A stretch of 64,000 nucleotides of DNA from Microgenomates group bacterium (GTDB taxonomy: Bacteria > Patescibacteriota > Microgenomatia > PFEM01 > JBNASD01). The notes beneath the pieces were generated by a model that did not search any database, had not been told where the DNA came from, and was given only the letters and a program-made list of their open reading frames with translations. A program made the position numbers and the translations under genes. Positions 58,001-64,000 of this stretch are shown here, in pieces. Within the stretch, counting starts at the first letter, position 1; each line of letters opens with the position of its first letter. The DNA lies in NCBI GenBank assembly GCA_049720225.1, contig JBNASD010000001.1:164733-228732 (forward strand), in the 5' to 3' direction.

Positions 58001-58784
58001 TTATAAAATGTTGATATCCACTAAAGCTTCCTAATAAAGTAGCTAATATCCAAAAAGTAAAGATAATTCCATTAATCAAAAAAGAAATTAAAAAATATTT
58101 CAAAAAATAAATTAATTTTATTCTCTTTTTTATATTTTTTAAAAATTCTAAAAGTAAATCTAATACAATAATTACTAAAAATGGACCAATATATGCGGGA
58201 TTAGTTAGAGACGGGAGAGAAAATAAAAAAAATAAACTCATATAAAAAATGAACTTAAAATTTCGACATTCTTTTCCTTTAAACCACATCAGAATTAAAA
58301 AAGGAAAAAACGCATAAAAAAACAATCCCATTAAATAACCACTTCCCCATTTTAATTGTAATAAATATGTATTAATCATATAAAAATTAGCACCAATTAA
58401 ACCACTTATTTGTTTATGTTTAAATTCAGAAAAAGATAAAAGATATTTAATTAAAAAATATGCCCCTATTCCTGAAAAGGTAAATATTAAATAAAATAGT
58501 ATTTTTTGACATGAATATATAGAAAAACCTGTTTTAAATAATAAAAATAAAAATAAATTATAGGTAAAGATTTTAAAAGAAGCAAAATAATCCGCTCTGC
58601 CTAACTCTTGCTGGTGATCCCACCAAAATAGAGAACGAAGTAAATCATTTGGAGGATTCAAAGAAAAGTTCGTATCACCTGGATTAACTAAATATTGTCC
58701 TTTAAACCAAGAAATAGATAAAAAACCAAAAAGAAAAATAATTAAAATATAAAATATATCTTTTTCGATAATTTTCTTAACCAT
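54987..58784 (-). CDS. Giant (1265 aa) membrane protein: N-terminal ~450-aa polytopic domain (GT-C/AftD-DUF3367-like?) + ~800-aa extracytoplasmic Glu/Lys-rich domain with heptad-repeat inserts
   Basis: N-terminus MVKKIIEKDIFYILIIFLFGFLSISWFKGQYLVNPGDTNFSL… with >10 TM; C-terminal soluble region with coiled-coil-like KEE-rich stretches and a beta-rich terminal domain. Contains three heptamer tracts (55408-55435, 55561-55595, 56221-56248, 56834-56867). Confidence 0.45.
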   Translation of the reverse strand: MVKKIIEKDIFYILIIFLFGFLSISWFKGQYLVNPGDTNFSLNPPNDLLRSLFWWDHQQELGRADYFASFKIFTYNLFLFLLFKTGFSIYSCQKILFYLIFTFSGIGAYFLIKYLLSFSEFKHKQISGLIGANFYMINTYLLQLKWGSGYLMGLFFYAFFPFLILMWFKGKECRNFKFIFYMSLFFLFSLPSLTNPAYIGPFLVIIVLDLLLEFLKNIKKRIKLIYFLKYFLISFLINGIIFTFWILATLLGSFSGYQHFIKSTVLFKQEVTSSSFSSILNLFRNLGDWGFWGKYREDFYYPYSPIYNKWLFILVSFIILFLIFLNLIFLKKQNRETKYFTLFFWVVFLIGIFLSKGIHEPFDQVNQWLLNKFLIFKGFRMAYEKFGPLICISNSILISYSLTLILFLIKRRYIKHIFIFFSFFLVNLYGWPFWTGDVWREETKNLPGFRFKIPNYYEEIRSFLEKQKINFKILSLPDNAVEVPGIIILNLESGLYGGADPLARLISLPIYYLDKFNFDNYREINSSLYYFYLDNPESFALFLKRFSGFLNTKYIFLREESTNKVYLNIRPAYFIKPFIDKFFILERNFDRVAIYKTEDKNFLPHFYISKRIIYSNGKTDNLKEIIELSDDELRLGIYLENSKLKTQNSKLENGEILEKANEILIVGELKNGIDKDYWEKLENFKSKVSFPYVRHKPNSLGWKLAKIKENYEEWKVRKNSEKLIDKKLFFAGKRISELVKFTDDIDNLLIIEEWKKKFEETREEVEKLESQEIKKEQIIKLRAYFERHQEEIKKLKDLKIETFKNWKETFEEIDKKIAKFEGKFDLNELDYVLEIPKEGEYTLYLEIPNSKIQVPNKEENKGLENFGIGEIEIDGEKIEIENFQINEEWIELGKIKLEEGEHKLKLYLLEGINLVGKDWQKLKDVETKEEGVFFEKQGFFPEAKDLVFQPINDWQSGEFYYLSFEYKTEGGRLGLGIVEEKRIYEEEKERIRKEKIFEKKLTSGEFSEENDWQKFERVFQADNEAVGAEIYFYSEPETGKIARVEFRNLQIKKVREPKVILRKRLQIPNSEFQIPKITFIKVNPTKYKIKIEEAKTPYTLVFSESFHEGWKIYLKEAQSAKGKAQNLKFKDLRDVVVGMIGKIGEKVTDLFLDNRGYGEEVASYFDGEIKEGTHRMTFLEPAAFETWGKKSIAEERHYLVNGYANSWYITPEDVGGAENYELIVEFWPQRFFYIGLGISLLTFAGCLSYLGYDFISNLKNKNEKN
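55408..55435. repeat. Heptamer tandem repeat (T/C)TTTGC(G/C) x4 inside the 1265-aa gene
   Basis: ttttgcg ctttgcc ttttgcg ctttgcg; encodes AQSAKGKAQN. Confidence 0.65.
55561..55595. repeat. Heptamer tandem repeat GGA(A/G)TT(T/C) x4-5 inside the 1265-aa gene
   Basis: ggaattt ggaattc ggagttt ggaattt gaagtct; encodes LQIPNSEFQIPK. Confidence 0.65.
56221..56248. repeat. Heptamer tandem repeat GGANNTT x4 inside the 1265-aa gene (same unit family as 55561-55595)
   Basis: ggaactt ggatttt ggagttt ggaattt; encodes IPNSKIQVPN. Confidence 0.65.
56834..56867. repeat. Heptamer tandem repeat TTTTGAG x4.6 inside the 1265-aa gene
   Basis: g ttttgag ttttgag ttttgag ttttgag ttttc; encodes LKTQNSKLKTQNSKLEN. 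Confidence 0.7.
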
Positions 58785-58790
58785 TTTTTA

Positions 58791-59933
58791 TTATTTTAGA
58801 TTTTTAAAAATTTTATTTATTATTTTGAAAATTCTTTCTGAAGCTTTTCCATCTCCAAAAGGATTTTTAACTTTGCTCATTTTTAAATATTTTTTTTTGT
58901 TATTCAATAAGAATTCAACCTCAGATACTATTTTTTCTTTATTTGTCCCTACCAATATACCAGCTCCTATCTCAACAACTTCTGGTCTCTCCGTAGTATT
59001 TCTCAAAATCAACACTGGTTTACCTAACGAAGGCGCTTCTTCTTGAATACCTCCAGAATCACTTAAAATTAAATAACATTTTTTCATTAAATAACAAAAT
59101 GACAAATAATCTAAAGGCTTTAAAAGTTTAACGTTAGAAATTCCTTTTAAATTTCTCTTTACTGTTTCTTGAACATTAGGATTTAAATGTACAGGATAAA
59201 CAATTTCTATTTCATCTCTGTATAATTGACTTATCTCTCTTACTGCTAAACAAATATCTTCCAAAGGCTTTCCAAAGTTTTCTCTTCTATGGGCAGTAAT
59301 TAAAATTATTTTTTTTCTAAAATCAATTTTTTTAAGTTCTTTATCAAGACGTTTTCTTTTTTTAAGTGCTAAAAATAGGGCATCTATCACAGTATTTCCT
59401 ACTATAAATATTTTGTTTTTTTCAATTCCTTCCTTTATTAAATTTTCACTTGCTTTTTTAGTAGGAGCAAAATTAAAATCCGCTATATGACTAACCAAAC
59501 GTCTATTGATCTCTTCCGGAAATGGTTGATATTTATCAAAACTTCTTAATCCTGCTTCAATGTGAGCTATTTTAATTTTCTGATAATAACAAGCTAAGGC
59601 AGCAGCTAATACTGTTGTTGTATCTCCTTGAATCAATACCAAATCAGGTTTTTCTCTTATTAAGATATTTTCAATTCCTATTAGTATTTTAGAAGTAACC
59701 TCTGAAAGGGTTTGATTTGGTGTCATTACTTTTAAATTGATATCCGGAGTTATTTCAAAAGCTTCCAAGACATCATCTAACATTTCTTTATGTTGACCAG
59801 TTGAAATTATCTTTACTGAAAAAATCTTTGAATGTTTTTTAAATTCAAAAATAACAGGAGCCAATTTAATTGCTTCTGGCCTGGTACCAAAAACAAAAAA
59901 GATTTTTTTTAATTTATTTTTCTTTTTTTGCAT
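58791..59933 (-). CDS. wecB: UDP-N-acetylglucosamine 2-epimerase (non-hydrolysing)
   Basis: KIFFVFGTRPEAIKLAPVI…HIEAGLRS…; 380 aa. Confidence 0.85.
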   Translation of the reverse strand: MQKKKNKLKKIFFVFGTRPEAIKLAPVIFEFKKHSKIFSVKIISTGQHKEMLDDVLEAFEITPDINLKVMTPNQTLSEVTSKILIGIENILIREKPDLVLIQGDTTTVLAAALACYYQKIKIAHIEAGLRSFDKYQPFPEEINRRLVSHIADFNFAPTKKASENLIKEGIEKNKIFIVGNTVIDALFLALKKRKRLDKELKKIDFRKKIILITAHRRENFGKPLEDICLAVREISQLYRDEIEIVYPVHLNPNVQETVKRNLKGISNVKLLKPLDYLSFCYLMKKCYLILSDSGGIQEEAPSLGKPVLILRNTTERPEVVEIGAGILVGTNKEKIVSEVEFLLNNKKKYLKMSKVKNPFGDGKASERIFKIINKIFKNLK

Positions 59934-60567
59934 AAAAAAGAATATATAAAGCGAAATGATTTAAAAAACAGGGAAAATCTTTAATCCCTATTTCCTTTTT
60001 AAAGAAGGGAACAGAAAAACCTAACCAAATCATACTTTTGTTTTTTATTCTAAATTTGTTTATTTTTAATAAATCTTCCAGTTCTGAAGTTGTATATTCC
60101 CGAATATGAATAATTTCTCCTAAAATTGGATCTTTTCCTAACTTTCTTGGAAAATTAGGTTTTTTTCCTAATAATGAAAGAATAAAAAAAGAAATTCTAT
60201 TTCTATTTGGAGTACCCAAAATTAACATACCATTATCCTTCAAAACTCTCCAACATTCTTTTAAAAATAAATTATCGTCATCGATGTGTTCAATTACATC
60301 AAATGAAATCACAACATCAAAAAATTCTTGAGGAAATGGCATATTTAAGGCATTTCCTTTTATAAACTTAACATTTTTAATTCTCAAATTGTTTTGAAGA
60401 TCTAAACCAAAAACTTCATTGTTGTTTTTACAAAATAATTGAGTATACAATCCTGTTCCACATCCAACATCCAATATTTTTTTATTTTTAATTTTATTAG
60501 CCATTATATTAAGATGTCTTATTATTTCTCTTTGACTAGGACTTTTAATGGTGTTTATTTTCAACAT
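59914..60567 (-). CDS. Class I SAM-dependent methyltransferase
   Basis: Motif I ILDVGCGTGLYTQLF; motif II/III MLILGTPN; 217 aa. Confidence 0.75.
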   Translation of the reverse strand: MLKINTIKSPSQREIIRHLNIMANKIKNKKILDVGCGTGLYTQLFCKNNNEVFGLDLQNNLRIKNVKFIKGNALNMPFPQEFFDVVISFDVIEHIDDDNLFLKECWRVLKDNGMLILGTPNRNRISFFILSLLGKKPNFPRKLGKDPILGEIIHIREYTTSELEDLLKINKFRIKNKSMIWLGFSVPFFKKEIGIKDFPCFLNHFALYILFYAKKEK

Positions 60568-60568
60568 T

Positions 60569-61738
60569 TTAAATATTTAATTGATTTATAATTTTCACCT
60601 CATTTTTAGCTATTTTATTCCATTCGTATCTTTTTACAAATTCAAATCCTTTTTTACTAAGAAATTTTCTTTTTAATGAATTATGGAGTAGTTCTAAAAT
60701 TTTCTTAGCCATTTTACCAGTATCTCCTAACGGCGTGTAAATTACGGAATCTTTCCATACTTCTCGTAATTCCTTAAGGTCATAACAAATTACCGGTACT
60801 TTTGAAGCCAAAGCCTCGCCTATAACAATTGCCCAATTTTCTTCATAGCTTGGAAGAATAAAAATTTTTGAAGAAGCTAAAATTTTAAATTTTTTCTCAA
60901 AATCAAAAATTGGACCAAAAAAGATAATATTTTTTTCCAATTTTTTTTCTTTAATTAATGAAAGTACCTCCTTATTATCAGCACCTCCTCCTATAATTGC
61001 TAATTTTGCTTCTGGTTTGTATTTTACTACCTTCTCCCATATTTCAATTAGGTCAAAAACTCCCTTTACCGCTTGAATTCTTTTCATAAATACGGCATCG
61101 TATTTTTTATTTTTTATTTTAGAAATAACCTTTACTATATTTTTTAAATCTACCCCGCAATCTACTGCTATTACTTTATTTCTTTTTACCCCTGCCTCTA
61201 TAAGCTGTCTTTTAGTAGACTCCGAAACTGCTAATACCCTATCTGCAAAGTATTTAATTAAAAATACACTTAATCTTTCACTTATCATAAACAATAAAGA
61301 GTTCAAAAATGTTGATTTCTTTCTTTGCCAAAATTTCAAAGGAGGCATCCAATGAGCTACAGCTACCCATTTATTTTTCTTATTATTTAATTTAATTCTT
61401 ATGGCAGGAATTACATCAAACAATAATTCATTAGCGCTATAAATAACACCTTCAAAATTTTCGATTTTTATTGGTTTTAAAACCAAATAAAAAGTTAAAG
61501 CTAAAACCCAAAATCTTGAATTTCCCTCTTTAAAACCTATATTATGATTTATTACTCCTTTTAGACCAAAGTAATTACAAAATGTTTCTCCTCCTCCATT
61601 TGTCAAAAAATGAACTTCCCATCCTTTTTTTAAAAAACCCTTCATAATTTTTGCCAGTCTTACTTCTCCGCCTGTAATTCCTGATTTCATTAGTTTATTA
61701 TTAATACTAGAACTTATGAATAAAATTTTTTTTATCAT
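60569..61738 (-). CDS. GT4-like glycosyltransferase (divergent EX7E motif)
   Basis: GT-B architecture; C-terminal …PSYEENWAIVIGEALASKVPVICYD…. Confidence 0.55.
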   Translation of the reverse strand: MIKKILFISSSINNKLMKSGITGGEVRLAKIMKGFLKKGWEVHFLTNGGGETFCNYFGLKGVINHNIGFKEGNSRFWVLALTFYLVLKPIKIENFEGVIYSANELLFDVIPAIRIKLNNKKNKWVAVAHWMPPLKFWQRKKSTFLNSLLFMISERLSVFLIKYFADRVLAVSESTKRQLIEAGVKRNKVIAVDCGVDLKNIVKVISKIKNKKYDAVFMKRIQAVKGVFDLIEIWEKVVKYKPEAKLAIIGGGADNKEVLSLIKEKKLEKNIIFFGPIFDFEKKFKILASSKIFILPSYEENWAIVIGEALASKVPVICYDLKELREVWKDSVIYTPLGDTGKMAKKILELLHNSLKRKFLSKKGFEFVKRYEWNKIAKNEVKIINQLNI

Positions 61739-61841
61739 TTTATTTTAATTTTAATTTAAAACTTAAATTAAAATTTTATAAAGAAATAATTTCTCATTAA
61801 TTTTAAAAAAAGAAAAAAATACTCCCCTTTTACCCCTTTAG

Positions 61842-62057
61842 CTATTTTAGCCCATTGATTATTGACCAAAGAAAAACCAACTTTATTGGTATTCTTATAA
61901 TTTTGACTTTTAGATAATTTCTCATAACAAAATCAAAACTTTTATCATTTGAATTGTTATCAACTAAAATATTTTTATAATTTAAATTTTTAATTGAATT
62001 AAAAAACTTCTCTCCATTATAATTAACGGTAATTATTGAAACTTTCGGTTGTTTCAT
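61842..62057 (-). pseudogene. Remnant of a GT2 glycosyltransferase (N-terminal 71 aa only)
   Basis: KVSIITVNYNGEKFF…ILVDNNSNDKS…KVKIIR matches the GT2 N-terminus but ends at a stop where the NLGFxxxNNxG block should be; followed by 100 nt of non-coding A/T. Confidence 0.5.
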
Positions 62058-62076
62058 AATAATTAGTTAAAAAATT

Positions 62077-63111
62077 TTAAAATAATTTATCAAAAAACCA
62101 CTCTACTCCATTTCTATAGGGCGTATAATAAAAAGAACATAAAGGTAATTTTTTAATTTCTCCTTTTAGATGTAATTCTCTAATTCTTTGAAATTTTTTT
62201 GAATAAAAAGATTCAAGAATTCCATTTTTTAAAATGTTTCCAAAAACATATTTACCCTCGTAATCTAGACAACATAAGAAAATATCTCCTTTAACCCCAA
62301 AAACAATAGTGTTCCAAATATACTTACAGGGGTAGGGAGTTTTATTATAATTAATTTTATAACTACCAGAAACATCTTCTACAGCTCCGCCATAATTATG
62401 AACTCTATTTACACTTACTGAATCAACTAATCTTTCCCATTTTTCTATAAATTTTCTCTCCTCGCCCTCATTAGTTTTAACTAAAGTCATAGAAATTCTG
62501 ATAACCGGAATTTGACTTCTTCTCTTTCTTTTTTCTGCAATTAATTTTTTTAAATTTTTAATAGTTTTTAAATAATTTAAGCCCATCGTTTGAGTATAAC
62601 TTTTTTTATTTAAACCGTTAAAACTAATATTAATTTCATCCACTTTACTTTCAAAAATTTCTCTAATAATATAATCATTAGCCAAATTAAAATTAGAATA
62701 AAATTTAACCGGAATATTGGGAAAAAAATTTTTTAAGGTTTTAATTCTTTCAAATATTTTTTTATCTGTTAAGGGCTCTCCAAATCCGTTAATAATGAAA
62801 ACCTGCGGATTAATTTTTTCTTTTTTTATTTTTTCTAAAATTTTCAAAAATATAGAGTCTTTCATAATCTCTTTTTTTCTTTTCATGAAAAGATGAGGAC
62901 ACATAACGCACCGTGCGTTACATAAATTAGTAGTTTCTATAATTATGTTATATTTTTTTTCCTTTTTAATTTTATTTTCAACTTGATTAATTATTAAATA
63001 AACCAATTTTTTATAAAAATAATTTTCACCAATTAAATCAAAAATTTTTCTTAAAATAGGATTGATTTCAATAGCGTTTTTTATTTTTCTTATTATTTTA
63101 TTCTTCAACAT
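62077..63111 (-). CDS. Radical SAM enzyme with C-terminal SPASM/twitch-like Cys cluster
   Basis: CxxxCxxC: IIIETTNLCNARCVMCPHLF; glycine-rich SAM motif INGFGEPL; C-terminal YPCKYIW…FLCCLDYEG…LPLC. Confidence 0.7.
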   Translation of the reverse strand: MLKNKIIRKIKNAIEINPILRKIFDLIGENYFYKKLVYLIINQVENKIKKEKKYNIIIETTNLCNARCVMCPHLFMKRKKEIMKDSIFLKILEKIKKEKINPQVFIINGFGEPLTDKKIFERIKTLKNFFPNIPVKFYSNFNLANDYIIREIFESKVDEINISFNGLNKKSYTQTMGLNYLKTIKNLKKLIAEKRKRRSQIPVIRISMTLVKTNEGEERKFIEKWERLVDSVSVNRVHNYGGAVEDVSGSYKINYNKTPYPCKYIWNTIVFGVKGDIFLCCLDYEGKYVFGNILKNGILESFYSKKFQRIRELHLKGEIKKLPLCSFYYTPYRNGVEWFFDKLF

Positions 63112-63713
63112 TTATCCATTTCCTTTTTTTAAAATCATATCTTTTAATTACTTTTGCTGGAATTCCTACTGCGACGGAGTAAGGTGGAATATCTTTAGTT
63201 ACTACCGCATTAGCGCCTATTACCGAATGTCTGCCAATTCTTACATTTTTAAGAACTGAACATTTGGTTCCTAATAAAACATTATCTTCTATAATTACTT
63301 TACCTCCTTCTGTTAAAGGCTGTTGATGCAAATTTTTATTAATATCCTCAAAACCATGGTCGTGGTCGGTAATAAAAACGTAAGAAGATAAAATTGTATG
63401 CTCTCCTATTTCTATATAATTATTGGCGCTTATAAAACTATTATTACCCACATCCACATTATTACCTATTTTAATTTTTATTTTATTTTTACTTTTACAT
63501 TTTTTTTCCTCCAAATTCTTTACTAACTGTAATTCTGCAAAAAGAACCAATATTAACATTTTCCCCTATTGATATTTCTTTAGGATGAGAAGTATTTAGA
63601 AACGGTTTAATTATTGAACCTTTTCCAAAATAATAAAATTTTCTTTTTAAGAAAAGAGTATAAAGCTTTATTAAAAAAGAAAAAAATTTATTCATTTTTG
63701 AATTTTTACACAA
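63098..63713 (-). pseudogene. Hexapeptide-repeat acetyltransferase interrupted by a +1 frameshift in an A8 (coding-strand) homopolymer at ~63503-63510
   Basis: Track ORFs 63495..63713 (…ISIGENVNIGSFCRITVSKEFGGKKM*) and 63098..63559 (…IGNNVDVGNNSFISANNYIEIGEHT…VIGANAVVTKDIPPYSVAVGIPAKVIK) are the N- and C-terminal parts of one LbH acetyltransferase in different frames; removing one A restores …SKEFGGKKCKSKNKIKIKIGNNVDVG…. Confidence 0.6.
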
Positions 63714-64000
63714 AATAACTCAAAAGAGTATTTCGGCAAAAAATAAAAAATAATTTGCGTTAACCCAGTAATTCCATACATAATTTTTTTTGGTTTAAAT
63801 CTCATATTTGAGAAAATATTTTCTTTTTCTTTAGTTAAACTAATTACCTTATTCTCATTAGCATAAAAAAATTTAGCTCCTCCTAATCCCCTACATTTAA
63901 AACCTAATTTTTTAAGTTCTTCTACTCCCCACCCAGAAAGGTGTCTTTGATATTTGTTTTTGTCAACCTCCTCCATTGGAAAAAATCCATTTGGGGTAGT
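63692..64000 (-). CDS. Hypothetical protein, 5'-partial (reading frame stays open to the window end)
   Basis: Frame upstream of the annotated Met (…TPNGFFS-MEEVD…) has no stop before position 64000. Confidence 0.3.
   Translation of the reverse strand, partial: TTPNGFFPMEEVDKNKYQRHLSGWGVEELKKLGFKCRGLGGAKFFYANENKVISLTKEKENIFSNMRFKPKKIMYGITGLTQIIFYFLPKYSFELFCVKIQK

Overview
AT-rich bacterial chromosome segment (impression ~30% GC). Small, tightly packed and often overlapping genes, Pro/Thr-rich linkers in secreted and membrane proteins, and a near-total strand bias suggest a Candidate Phyla Radiation/Patescibacteria-like genome; this is inference from gene content and style, not a database result. 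All ORFs read with the standard code (no UGA recoding). Order of content: (1) 1-1.7 kb, a partial GT4 glycosyltransferase and a Wzx-like flippase on the minus strand. (2) 1.7-8.1 kb on the plus strand: a 958-aa secreted fusion of a glycoside-hydrolase-like beta-propeller, a Pro/Thr linker and a GHSLGG lipase; an epmA-efp pair; two hypothetical genes; lepB. (3) ~7.14-7.49 kb, a GC-rich island holding tRNA-Val(CAC) and a Shine-Dalgarno-led 38-codon zinc-ribbon mini-ORF bracketed by inverted repeats. (4) 8.0-64 kb, every gene on the minus strand. This run contains parB, rpmA, rplU, a SEDS protein and ileS. It also holds a rearranged dcw cell-wall cluster in the order mraZ-rsmH-ftsL-ftsI-murE-pgeF-murC-murB-murA-murF-mraY-murD-ftsW-murG-ftsQ-ftsA-ftsZ; ddl is absent and murA and pgeF are embedded in it. 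The cluster is followed by a hypothetical lipo/membrane protein, glyQS, recO, and a ~30 kb cell-surface glycan locus. That locus contains a DUF4012-like protein, a small initiating sugar transferase, manC, eight to nine GT4, two GT2 plus one GT2 remnant, three tandem GT4 + GT-C (ArnT/PMT-like) modules, two flippases, a Wzy/ligase-like protein, a 1265-aa membrane protein, wecB, a methyltransferase, a radical SAM/SPASM enzyme, and two hexapeptide acetyltransferases, one of them frameshifted in an A8 tract. The most unusual signals are a family of 4-5-copy heptanucleotide tandem repeats embedded in coding sequences (mostly in the glycan locus), the tRNA-linked GC-rich mini-ORF island, and the triplicated GT4/GT-C modules beside the giant membrane protein.
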